NCBI RefSeq assembly: GCF_032062105.1
Contig: NW_026927697.1
Span: 248,001-312,000 of the forward strand
Direction: 5' to 3'
DNA: 64,000 nucleotides
Source: Saccostrea cucullata
Lineage: Eukaryota
Shown: positions 38,923 to 52,219 of the stretch, one piece after another
How the letters are laid out: every line of letters starts with the position of its first letter
Position numbering within the stretch: the stretch's first letter is position 1
Program-made: the position numbers and the translations under genes
The notes under the pieces: generated by a model
The model's database searches: none
What the model saw: only the letters and a program-made list of their open reading frames with translations
What the model was told of the DNA's origin: nothing

Positions 38923-41900
38923 TCAATACACTACGTCTGCCTCTGTGGTTTGAAGGTTCTGGTTTGCTGATTTATCTACTTGTGAATACACGGCATCTGA
39001 CGATAATGGCTGATTAATCTGGTTTGCTGATTTATCTACCTGAGAATACAATACGTCAGTGACTGGTATGTTTTCTTTTGCAGATTTATCAACCATGGCG
39101 TACATTGGAGCATCATTGTTGATTGGTTGTCGTACATTATGACGTATATAAGTTCCTTCACTTAGATTGGTTGATACAGACACATTATCTCTGACGTCAT
39201 CAATCACGATCGTGTTTATTTCCGTCGATTTAGTGGACGTTGAGATTTTACTGGTCATTCCTGGGCCAGCATAATAGTCAGGAGAGTATGGTGAATTTGC
39301 TTTGTTTTTAAATGCATATGAATCATTCCCATGAGTATACGTGTTATTGCGTTTTTTCCTGTGGAATACAAAAAATTCAGTCTATGATATTATTATGCAA
39401 TTGTATAGTTTGAGAAGTTGTGTTCCCTTTCTCAAATGATATTTGCAATGGTAACATCTTAAAAAAACACTGTTAAACTAAGGGTGTTATTTTGGCCCCA
39501 CCAAAAGCTTAGGAGTTCTTAATAAAGAAACAAACTATATTATTATTTCCATGTTAAAATGTACATGTATATAATACATAAAATACAAATTGTAGAATTA
39601 CGAGATTTCATTATCAGTACCTTTGGCTGTAACAGATTGCTAAAATTATGGCAACAACAACGATTACACCAGCTCCGATCACCGGAATGATGTAACTCCC
39701 TGTAAATAAAGAAAAGAGAAAATTAATTAAGGTTTCGTCAAAGGTCAACATGTCTAAAAAATTATTTTTACAATAGCTCCAAAACTATGTGTGGTATAAA
39801 GTCAAAACGTTTACAGTTTATAAATATATCATTGATCAATAGATAGAAAGTATCACTTGATAACAAATGTTTTAAAAAAGATTTTTTGGAGAAAAATTGT
39901 ATCAGAAAATGTGCATATTTTTAAAAAATGCACCTGCTTAATTCATTCTGGCCTTTTTGTGAAAACCATCATTGCAGAAATAATATATGTTTATCATTGA
40001 AGGGCAAGTAGGACGTGAATGGTCTCTGAAAGGCTGTTATTGAAAGCATGACATGTATAAAGTCAAGACCCCTATAGAATCCGCCATTTGCAATGTACTT
40101 TCACTTTCAAGTCTTAACATTTGGACAAAATAAACAGGGAAAACAACTTTCCAGAGTCCAACTTGCCCTTCATTAATAAACATATTTTGTTTCTGCAATG
40201 ATGGTTTTCATTCAGAGGAATTAATATGGTGTATTTTTTGAAAATATATGCATTTTTAAGAAGAATTTTTCTCAATTATTATTTTTTCCAAGTATTTTTT
40301 TTATCAAGTGATACTTTCTATCTGTTAATCAATGAAAAATTGATAAACTGTAAAATTTTAACTTTATACCTCATATAGTTTTGGGGCTATTGTAAAAATA
40401 AATTTTTGAGCATGTTGACCTTTGACGAAACCTTAAGTACATGTATACATGTATATCAATTGCAAGTTTTTAATTTTCCTTCTCATAGGCAGTTTTGAGT
40501 TTGTTAGTATACAAAGCTTACATTACATGTTCGGCTTTATTATTATGCTCTAGCTGTATAATTATATGTAATTAATTGATAACATTTCAGTTTCTTTTCC
40601 GTAGATCTAAGACCATACGGTACATCTATAAACAGTATAAGTTGAGCATAATTTCATTTTGAATAACTATTAAATAAATAATTTCAAAAAATAAATCTTA
40701 ACTAATCAGTATGCATCTCACCAAAATGACTCTTTTTTTTATCTTTATTCAATCGGCGTTTAGCAAAGCCCTTGCATATTGGACAACCTTTTCCCGACTG
40801 GTTGATGGGCAAAACTTCACACCTACAGTATGCGACTTATAAACCAGTAGTAAATGTGTCTCTACTGAAATTAAATGTTAACACCAACGACTAAATATAT
40901 TTCTTTGTTTAAATCTATATAAGGGTTTGCATAGAGTTGAATACCTACCGTATATATATATAAAGATTAGTGGTTAAAAAGGTATTAATAATATGTAAAA
41001 GTTGTAAATAAGTGTACTGTAATTTGATTGCACGGCGGTTTGTCAAGTCTCCTGCCTATTACTAGCGAATACGCAGTTACCCGTTGTCATGTACATTTTG
41101 TTAATTTTCAGCTTATCAGTATCCAGGAATATGGTCAACGAACACAACTGATGAAAAAAAAAACGAAGGATAGCTCAAAATCTTACGCAATGTGAAAAGA
41201 ATCAGTTTGGCGAGAGGCATACCATAGAAGATCATGCATTGTTGTCTTACATTCAGAAGTCGAGGCAACTGACTCTCCTGTATTAGCTTCTTTCGTCGTT
41301 GTTAAACCAGATGTACGCTTAGTTGTGGACTGTGTTGTTTTCTCTGCTGTAGTCTGTTTCTGTGTGGTCGTAGATTGTGTTGATACTTGTGGAGATGTGG
41401 TTGTACTACTTGTTGTTGTTACTGTTGAAGTTGACGTTGGTTTTGTTGTCGTTGACGTTGGTTTCGTTGTCGTTGACGTTGGTTTTGTTGTCGAGGTTGA
41501 TGATGTAGTCGCTGTAGTTGTTGTTGGAGCTAATGTTGTTGTTGTTGTAGCTAATGTTGTCGTTGTAGGTCTGGCAGTAGTTGTTGATGTTGTGCTCTGT
41601 GTTGTTGTTGTGGTTGTTGTCCTCGATAAGGTCGTAGTTGTTGTGCTTTGTGTTGTAGAAGTTGATGACGACATGCCGGGAATGTCTCCCTCACAGTTCA
41701 AACTAAGTGTTGCGTCTGCGTTGTCTTCATTGAAATCAGGTAAAATAATTTTTGAATACCTTTTTACCATTGTATAATTTGGAAGACGTGCATTCTTAAA
41801 TCTAATACAGTATTGTTCATGCATTTTTTAAGTGCAAAGATAAATGGTTTTTTTTTTCTAATCAAGAATCGCAGTGAAGGATATGGAGATAACAATGATC

Positions 41901-43786
41901 AGTATTCAATATCAATGTCCATAAAATTAAATTCAATATTCTATGAAAAAAATACAAATGTAATCAGTAAAAAAAAAAGAAAAGAAAATTTGTTTTTACC
42001 TGGCGATAACATTATACAATAGTTGGCATCGTATGAATAGGGTGGTTTTTCAAAGGAGAATGACATTGTTTCTTGAGGAGTTATGCTGAGACCTCCACCA
42101 ATAAAACAATTCATAGAAATTCCGGACTCCGTAGAAGTTCTGACAACAATACTGCTGGAACAGAACTGTGAAGTGGGTTGTAGTTGATTTAATGGTGCAA
42201 AGTTGACTTTTGTACTGTGTGTCGTAGTAACAGTACATTTACAAACTGATACGGAGGAGTGATGTGCATCGAAGGCGTTCAGTACAACTCTATTTCCAGT
42301 TCCTGATGTACTGTAACAAAGGGATGCTCCTGTATATCAAAATTAAAAAAATACTTAGTGATATAAAAAAGCTACATTGGAACATTAATATATACAAAGT
42401 TAACATATCTGTATTAGATTTATTTATAAACCCTGTAAGACAAACAATTCTATTATGGTTTAGATTAATTACCAGGTAAAGAATACTGTGTCATGGCCAT
42501 CTGGCATGCTGTCTCACCTTTAACAGGGCCTGCAAATTTAATAAATAATTATTGAATACATGACTTCCTTCAAAGATGATTAATCTCTAAATATTGTACC
42601 AAACATGACTGCATTGGTAAGGGTAAGCATATACATGTAGCAGTTTCCTCAAATCAATGCCATTCGGCCCATTTACTCAAATCAAAGACATTGATTGACT
42701 GCGTTTGTAGTGATGTTAGATTAATGGTTTTATATTTGTTTATTAATAATATACAAATGGGGTACGCAAGTTTTCGAATATTTTTTTTTTAAAGTTATGA
42801 TTATTAGTAGCTTTATTTATGGTCACTTTTTTTTATTACATGTGCTATTCCAGATGACATCATGTGTTGATGCATTCCTCCTTCCTTTCATTCTTCGTTA
42901 GAGATCAGCTGATGTATACAATACTGCTTGCTTTCAGGTCTATTATGAATGCTGTAGTCAATGACTGATATCTGATATTGTAATTATTAATTAAAGCAAG
43001 ATTCACACGTCCTACTCTATGATTTAAGATTGCTCCATCATAGTAAAAATGGCAAATGGAGGAAGATGTCATGTTTAACCTATTTCTATAAAGACCCTTT
43101 CCCCGTCTGAAATTTATTATACACGGGCTATTTGTTAAGTCAGGTAATTTCCGATTTATCTGATACAGGAGGCGTCAAGTCATTGATGGCTTTATTTCCA
43201 ATCACCCAGCCGTAGTCAGAAATTCTTGTTAATGTGCTGAAAACACCCTAGGCCACATGTAAAGGTCATATACATGTATAAAAAAGTTAACATTTTTGTC
43301 AAGTTGAAAATAAATATGCTTTATTCAATGAAGTGACTTTGAAATTCATTAGCGTCTTCATTTTTTTTAAATTAAGCTTATTTTATGTTATTGTTCTGTA
43401 CTATCAACTTCTTTATGATTCATCTATAAAATCTATAAACTATTTAAAATTTTGTCATTTTGGATTTTGAAATACTTGGCACTCTAAAAGATTGGTTGTT
43501 AAAACAAATCCATCTAAGAACAAATTGTCAGCATATTTGAATACAAAACAGCTTTATCATCACATCTTTGAAAATCATTCAAGTTGGTAATGCAGGTACA
43601 TGATTACAGTTGAGGAGACCCGGTAGTTTAATTCATACATGTATCTCAAATTCAGAAGAAAAATATTAAAAATAATTAACACAAAATCACAATCTTACCT
43701 AGGAAAGTAAACAGGATCCAAAACATACAAAAAATCATGTCTGTCGTCCGCCGATTAAAGAATGGGACATACCCGCCATTCGTCAT
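38923..43786 (-). CDS. Gene E: type I membrane receptor-like protein with ITIM-like tail, about 487 aa
   Basis: Exons 43786-43699, 42529-42473, 42329-42000, 41724-41251, 39699-39621 (TM WSYIIPVIGAGVIVVVAIILAIC), 39358-38923 (MYAMVDK, VLYSQVDK, AVYSQVDK); 1464 nt, in frame. Confidence 0.85.
39731..40432. mobile_element. Foldback MITE with TTAA TSD (Kolobok-like)
   Basis: About 280-bp imperfect TIRs starting GGTTTCGTCAAAGGTCAACATG; TTAA on both sides. Confidence 0.85.
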
Positions 43787-46700
43787 ACTGACCGCGCTGA
43801 CAAAGTGGTTCTTGGGATGAAAGACTTTTCCGTCAACAAGTTAACTTAAGGTCCGACACTTTAAATTTAATCTCAGGCGATTGAAAAAATTAATAAAGAC
43901 TCTTTAAGTTTCGGTTTATCCTTGGACAATTGTTTGGTTCTAAACGCACACCCATTTCTGCAGAATTAAATGCCCCGTAAACGGCACTTGCAGTAATTGA
44001 GTTCTGACAAAGAATTTCTTTTTATAGAAAATTACTCGAAAACCAGTTTGTAATCCAAAGTAAATTTAACCAATGGAATAGGATGTAAACATTGCATGGT
44101 GAAATGATTTCATCAAATAAAAGTAAAATGCTTTAATGTGTGAAGATACTAGGTATATCGCGTTTAAGGTAGACTTCAAATATCTTTATTGTTGATCAGA
44201 ATCTACATGCATTACTTAGGGTTAATTAAAGGGTTTAATTAATAACCCGTCCGTCTTCACACAAGACTTCCGGGATTTGGGAATTAAAAGAAGGGAGTCT
44301 TGTGATTATATTTCGTGATGTACAGTGTATAAACCTGTACTTTGTATAAGTTTCTCTTATTGACTTTAACCCAGCCAGCCAATAAGGAAGTATAAATTTT
44401 AATTCAAGAATTCTATTGAACCAAAATCAAAAGGTGTGACATATTAGAGTATACCCTTAAACACAAAGAAACTAAATGTATATTTAATGCACATAGTGTA
44501 TTGAATAATTAAATACGTATAGGTTAATCAGAAGGAATACATACATAAAGCACATGTACATGCATGTAGGTGTGTGAGGCTGTGTTGCTAGAAAAAAATA
44601 TGTACAAACCGGTACGTACAGTACAATGAGTACTTGTACCTTCAAAATGTTAATATTATTTTAGTTTCACTTATTTCGACGCAAAAAAAAATCAAAATGA
44701 TGTTACAAGATCAAAAAATAGTTCAAGACATGTATCTTACGTGTATTTGTATTGTATTAAAATGTTTTTGCACTTCTACTTTACTGGTCCGCGTATTTTG
44801 TCTGAATTATCATTAACCAATATACATGTATAACCAATGTACCAAATAGAAGTTTTCATTTTTATTTATTTGATAAATCATCAATGCAACTTAAGATTAA
44901 ACCTTATAATTAAATAATGATTATCTTCGGTTAAAAGTTTGCACTGATCCTGATGCACTATGGCCACACATGCTGTGAAAACAAGTGGCAAAAGAAAAGA
45001 AATCCTCATTTTAATGATATTTATCAATATTTTTATGCTTCAGAGGACATGGCATGCAATATCTGCAAATTACTTATTACGTTTGATTACTTATTTAATA
45101 TTTAAGTGAAAAGGAAATTCAAATTCCTTTATCCCTGACAAACCAGGGACATAATCGGGAGTGACATCTTCCATATGCACACTGGCTAAAGATGGGCACT
45201 ATTTTTTTTTTTGTTTTTTGTTTTTTTTTTTGAGGGGTGGGGATATTCTTCCCCAGATAAATATGTCTGAGAAATGTGTACAAATATCTTTTTAAAAAAT
45301 TGAATCGTTTTATTTACATGTGTAAGATAAATAAAACACCAAGGAACTAATTAGATGATAGTCCGAATAATTCTGATGTTTTCCAGGATTTGTTAATACG
45401 ATTTTGATATTTAACGTGCCAGGAAAACTGTTTTCCTAGCAAAAAATCGTAAAAGTTTCTGGAAAACATTGGATATTTTCAGACTAGCTGATGAAAGATC
45501 TTGTTTGCAATCCATAAAATAATTTTGTTCAAAACATTTCAACAATTAATATAAAGAAACCTAATCTTCTTCTTATCTTGTTTAAATACATTAATTTTCC
45601 CTTTTCTTTTTATTTTTCAGAAAAGTCCTTAAAACACATACCTCAGAAAAACATCGATATCTCTAGTGTTGAAACTGCAGCTAATTAGTTCGAAGAGGAA
45701 TAACTCTAAAATTTTACCTTTGCTTCTGCCTGCATGGCAGAGTAACTCTCTTTGTTTTGGATCAAACTAACACCGTAACATACATTCATGTGTCTGTTCA
45801 GAAATTCTATGGAAAACGTTGCCTTTTTGTTTGCTCTTTCATATAATACAAACATTAAAAAAAATATTAATTTACCTTAGTAGCCTATTAACACAAAATA
45901 CTAAAATTCATTGACCTTACTTTCACTCGACTTCAGATACACGGTACATACTACATAGTATGTACATGTATAACCGCTATATACATGTATTTAAGTATCA
46001 ATATTTGCATATCCACTGCTCTCTCCCACTATGAACATGTAGCCATCAACTGCGTTCATAGCACTATAGACGCAAATGGCTTATTACACTCGTGTAAAAC
46101 AACCTCTCCTTTACGTAATAAAAAAGTGTTGAGAAGTATATATATGAAATGTTTTGTAAAAGAAATAAATATAAGTTTTTAATAATATTTTTTGGAAAAA
46201 AAAGAAATTAATAACAAATTAAAATTGCTTATTGATATCTTTAAAAATTTAATTTTGGTGAATGTATTTAATTGTAATATAAAACTTTTTAAAAATTGAA
46301 GACAACTCCATGTTTTTATTTTTTCTTATCATATTTTTGCATATTTGTACAAAGAACGATAACTCTTCACACGTGGGTTATGAAACATTCAGAAAGAGCA
46401 GCCTATATGTCTATTTCAAGAACGATTTCAGCTCTTAAAAATAAATAGAAAAAACTTTAAAAATCATGGAAAAGCATTCTGGAGTTATAATCATTATTAA
46501 AGCAATCTCTTTTTTTTTAACATAAGGTTAAATTATTGATTTTTGTCAGAGGGTTTCAATAACGTTGATCGATGACGTCACAACTGAATCAAAACAAAAA
46601 TTAGGAGATGGGTGCAGCTTGTATCCAGATAACTGTGATTGAGAGGCAAATATTTTATGAATAGTTTGTGATTTATTAGAGAAAAGGTGCAATGATCAGG

Positions 46701-46789
46701 TCTACTGATTTTATAGCCGTATGTTTTTCTTTACTGAAGACAAGAAGCTACGTCCTTATAGAAGCCAGGATTTCCTCTGATATTCTTGA

Positions 46790-46975
46790 CAACATAAAGG
46801 AATGCATATATAAGTAAGTAACAATGATTATTCAGTGAACATGGCAATATGAATAGCAATAGTTCTGCTGGCATATTTTCCATGATGCGCGCTAGCGCAT
46901 CATGAAATATGCCAGCAGAGCAATTGCTATTCACAACGCCATGTTCACTAAATAACGTTGTGTATTTCTTAAATA
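46790..46975. repeat. Palindromic hairpin element
   Basis: Arms GTGAACATGGC..GAATAGCAAT..CTGCTGGCATATTT around CATGATGCGCGCTAGCGCATCATG. Confidence 0.7.
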
Positions 46976-48356
46976 TTACAATATTTGAAAGTTATATCGT
47001 CCAACATTTATTATTAATAGGGTCAAGTGCAGCCAGTTGACAAAGTTGATACACTGCATTACTACATTGTATATTTTACAGAAAATAAATTATACATATA
47101 ACACTAATAATATTTATTTAGTGGTCCGCGTTGCGCAGTGGCAAGAGCGTATGCTCGAGAGTTGCAAAGAAAGGAGTTGATCCTTAGGTCTCGGGTTGAA
47201 ATACATGTACCACTGTGAGACGTGGAGACAGGTCCTATGTATGAGACCGCATATTATAATGACAGATTTCAGTTAAGGACATACGCAAGGTACCTAACCT
47301 ACCGATAATTTTTCAAGATATTCTTAATTTAACATTATAGTGCTATCAGATGTTCACAGACAAAAAATCAGCATGCATTACCAGGGGTTTTTGGAAGATA
47401 TCATATGAACATTTTTGCATCATTCAAAGAAAAATATACAAAAATTACAACACATCAATTCCAGTTTTTTTTCCCCATCAAAATTTGTTTTAGAAGAGGT
47501 GTACAAATCCATACATAGACATTAAAAGTATTGCACACAGGACCTTCATTTAGTGGAACTCTTCAACTCCAGGGAAGAACCCAATAATGTTTAAACTAAG
47601 TTGCATATGACCATAACTGGAAGTAATACATGCGATTTGATTGCATGACGGTTTGTCAAGGATACTGAATAATACCTAACTACACGTTTTCATGCTGTTT
47701 ATTTTAAACTAGTCCAGAAAGATGGCCAATGAACGAAAATGATAGGAACAAGTTGCTTTAAAAAAAGGACTGCAATACGTGAACCAATATGCACGTGTTT
47801 CTAACCGAAATTCAATCAGAGCAGAACATTTCTAGGTTAGTGAATATTCATGTAGGATCGTTCATATTTCTACAATGATTTGCCTACTTTGACTGATAGT
47901 ACTTTCAAAGCAAAATTTTTAAATTTTATCTCCGATTAGCATAGAGTTTTGTCATTTTTAGAAATCGGATGTAACCCATAACGGCTGCATGCATGGAACC
48001 TGACATCTGTTCTGGATTTATACGGAATAAAATAGATCTGATGGTACACGTGTGGCACAGCTCTGTAGTACGCATATTTTTGTTTTCGGAGATGCCCCTC
48101 TCCCCAACATGGAAAACGTCACTATAGGCTTCTATCAATCTGTATTTGGATTGCTGTATATCAAATTCTTTTGCATGCCTTGGTACACAAAACTAATACC
48201 ACTGAAGACTTGTGTGTTTAAAAGATGAAACAAGTCGTTAAATGACTTTTTCAATTCAAGTTGTTGAGTTCTCTATGTACTGCAAGTTCTTCCTACCTTT
48301 TGAAATGCTCGTGCCATGGAATCAATGCTTAGTTTGTGTATAAAAGTATATGTATA

Positions 48357-48952
48357 CAGGTGTCTCATTATATCGCGGTACTTAAATCTTTTGCATAAAA
48401 AAGTGTAATTTGATTTTTTAAATTTAACTTTCATCAAATGATATTAATAAAGCAAACTATGGCCTAACTTTTTAGTATCAAATTATTTCCCAAGCTTGCA
48501 TCGTCTAAGTTGTAGTCTATTTTTGAAACAGGAAGTCTCATTTACCTCCTAAATTGGAGATTCTCATAGTATCGCGGTATGGGAAAACATGGAAACTTGA
48601 GGTTGACATGGACTTCAATTCTTATTTTTTATTTTACCATGTAATTTCACATAAGAAAATAAACAATTATACAAACTAAAGTCTTTCAAAACATGAACTT
48701 TATATGGATTTTACTATATTATAAACTCATCGGGCTAAAAATAATAAAAACGGAGATCGATTTCTGTAAAATTACGTTTTATTTGAATAATTTTTTTCCC
48801 GACGCATTTTCCATACCTTTTTAATCATCACAAAAATTTACATTTAGATGACAGACTGATATTGTTTTCAAGAAAAAGCATATGAGCTACGTATCTGATT
48901 TTTTGGAATATACCGCGATACAATGAAACCCGCGATATAATGAGAATCGAGT
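48357..48952. mobile_element. Tc1/mariner-like MITE
   Basis: TIR core CTCATTATATCGCGG / CCGCGATATAATGAG; TA flanks. Confidence 0.65.
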
Positions 48953-49204
48953 ATATAAGAGAGAAATTTTGAGCCACCAATGAATATACATGTATATATT
49001 TACATTTCCAATAAATTTCCCTATGATTGTTTACAAAATAAAATGCAGTTCATTTTCTCATGAACTACATTTCATATGTACCACGAATAAGCGTGAATAT
49101 CTCCATTGTTACGTCATAATACCGCACTTGACATCACAAAAATAAAGTGCACACTGTTTTGCTTTCAAAATGAAAGTTGAATTGCGTAAATTTATGGCAA
49201 GTCA

Positions 49205-49390
49205 ACAGAAAAATAATGTAAATATTAGAAATGAATTTAATTTTTGAAGATTGATGAGGTATATGAACTGCAACGCTTTACGCCGGCATATTTATCATGA
49301 AGCGCTAACGTGCTTCATGAAATATGCCGGCGTGAAGCGTCGTAGTTCATAACCTCATGAATTTTCAAAAATTAAATTCATTTCTTAAAT
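49205..49390. repeat. Palindromic hairpin element
   Basis: AGAAATGAATTTAATTTTTGAA...CATGAAGCGCTAACGTGCTTCATG...TTCAAAAATTAAATTCATTTCT. Confidence 0.7.
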
Positions 49391-52219
49391 ATACGACATG
49401 CAGATTTAAGAGCGAGATGCGTCAATGAATGGCATATTCTAATTCAAATATGGCGAATTATTCTACGGGCAAGTTGTCTTAAGAGCGAACTCTCTCGTAT
49501 TCTCGTGCATGCGTACACTGACATTTACCCATAACACCCGGTTTAACCTCGTTTACATTTTCTGACGCAGTACAAAGAGCGTTGGATACCTTAGAATCTT
49601 GCGCAATGCAAAAAAAAAAAATACACTAGGGAAATGCATACCAAACTAAGGTTCCGTGTCGCAGGAGGTGCTGGCACGAAAAAGATCCCTCGCTGCTCCA
49701 TGGCCCCAGTGCCAAGATGGACAAAATTTGCAGCTCTCAACCAGGAAGTGGTGGAGTCTCAATATGAGTGAAAAAAATAAACAAAGTACAATCAATTAAT
49801 ACAATCAGTAGTAACTAATATTTAACCACTTTAATTTAAATAAATTACGCCGTTTTCTCGCGAAATTCGAATTTCCTCTGTTTTTAGTTATTATTTGTAC
49901 ATTCATCTTTGTTTAAGATTTTGCATTTACAGAGGTCCATACATCGCAGATTGGCTCGTGTGCATCCACATCTCTCTGTTTTACAACCTTTTGTGCAGTT
50001 GCAAGCTATAAAATCTAGACAAGCCTCTGGAATTGGATCTAAATTCATAAGTATCGGCACCAAACAACCACTATCCAGCTTCCACCCCATTTCAGTTGGA
50101 CATGGTAATAAGGACTTACAAATGTTTGCCTGTCTCCATATCAAGGCTTGGTAGTGTACTCGCTTTACATGCATGCATAAGGCATCACTAGTTGGAGGCA
50201 TATTTTCAGGGCTTTTTGATTTCCCAAATAATACATTCCTTACCGTATCAGTAGGCTCCGCTTCTTGGTTAATATACAACTTACAGATAAACTTTTCACA
50301 CTCTTTGATTTTCTGATCAGTTAAATCTCCCTCACCTAAGCCCTCGAGTGGCTTATAATTATCTCTGAATACCCGCAGGGAAGATTTTTTTGATATTACA
50401 TAGAAACAAGATGTTGTGTCACACCCTGTCAGTGCATGAAATGCTACCAAATGTTTGCGTAACTCTGGAGAAGAGAAGTTTTTTCTCAACAACAACATGA
50501 ACAGGAATGTTTTTGGCTTTAAAAAGGTTCCTGCAATCATCCACAAATATCTATCTATTTCTGAAAAGAATGATATAAGTAGCAATAAGACATCAGTATC
50601 GCATGCTAAAATGACAATAGAGGTGCAAGCTGATACTTTTGAACAGTGTATGGCATGAAGCACTATTCTAGTGTCTGCCTCTTCATGCATGGCTTCTAGC
50701 GTAGACAATTCTAACAGATCATCATTGCATTTCACACCAATTTCTTCTACCAATCCCCCGGCAGTAACAACGATTTTCCCAATAGGCGCTTGGAGAATTA
50801 TTTCTTCAGACAGCATGGCAGCAAGATCTTTCTTGTTTTCGTTCAAAGACAAGAAGGTAGCGAAGTTAGTTGGAAGAGGAACGTCTCGATTTTCAACAAT
50901 CCTTCTGACTGGTTGGTGCCGTTTTGCTCTGCGATAACGAGTTTCGGATTTTATTGATTGGTCCCTGTAGCGATCAAACAGAACATCGATCCTAGAGAAA
51001 TTGTTTTCTTTTCTAAAAACAGTTGAAACAAACTCGTCAGCAAAGTGTCCAAATGTTTTCATTCCATGTGTTCTAAGGCTCTGAACCAATGCTTGCCCAT
51101 CTATAATTAGAGCTGATGAATCACTTTCATGTTGAACTCGCGCCCCAACTTCGACATCCTTCAGAATTTCATTCTATATAATTGATTTGTTTCCTGATTT
51201 CAAGGAACCACTAGTATCAGCAATTGAAATAGGCACTGGTAGGAGTTCATGCTTCAGTATAAGCCCCAAATCAACCTCCCTTCCTGCTTTGTATGCAATG
51301 ACAAGGTCAGCCTTTAGAATGTTTCTTTTTTCAACAGCTTTAGAACCAACCCGTACCTTGTATAAGGATTCAAATGTTAAAGGATTATTTTTTTTCAAAG
51401 TATGGTGCAATGGAACGTTTAATGTACCCGTCTCTTTGTTTAGAATTATACGATCTGAAGCAAAACCCTCCAACTGTACTTGACCCAAATGTGCTGAAGA
51501 TAGTAACGAATCTCTGATAAGAACAGTAGCCTTGTCTTTTGTGATCACGTTCATTAATTCATATCTTTCGTAGGAGGGGTCAAGCAGTTTAAACCTTTTC
51601 ATTGCGTTAACTAGTGATTCCTCAAACTCTCATTCAAGGACCTGTCGACTCTTTGATGTATCCTTGTGAGTGAGTATGTCATCTGGATTCACGTCGTACA
51701 TGGTTCTTGTAAGAAAACTTACATGTGACCTTAAGTTATAGGAAAGAGACCACCTACTGTGTGCAGAGGGAGTCCTCCTGATTCCCACTATGCCACCACC
51801 CTTTTTACCTGTAGCGTTAAGCCATTATTGACTTTGATCTGGATCCACTTGATTGAATGTTCCTTGGCTTCTTTTGTCAACAAAGTTGCCCTGTTTGAAC
51901 TCTTCAAGAGCCTCACGCGGCAGTTGATTACAATCAGTCAGATAAACACTACCCCACCTTGCATAATTAATATGGTCATATCGAAAGAACCATGGGAGAT
52001 TGGCCTGAATGAATACAAACCCCACAAACCTTCTCTTTCTGATTTTGTAAATTCCAGGAGAATAGAAACTAATTCCATGTATGACCACCAAAAGAGTACA
52101 TTTGGATTAGTAATTTCCTCTCTGAAATTTAAAAAAATATTCCCTAAATACAGTATTCTGCAGTAGCTCTAAACTAGACCCTAAGTCTTTCTGTTCATTC
52201 ATAACATCATTCAACATTT

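Noticed and set aside
41325-41777. Val-rich plus-strand ORFs (also 32603-33145, 15204-15401, 16310-16528)
   Set aside because: Antisense shadows of Thr-rich stalk exons
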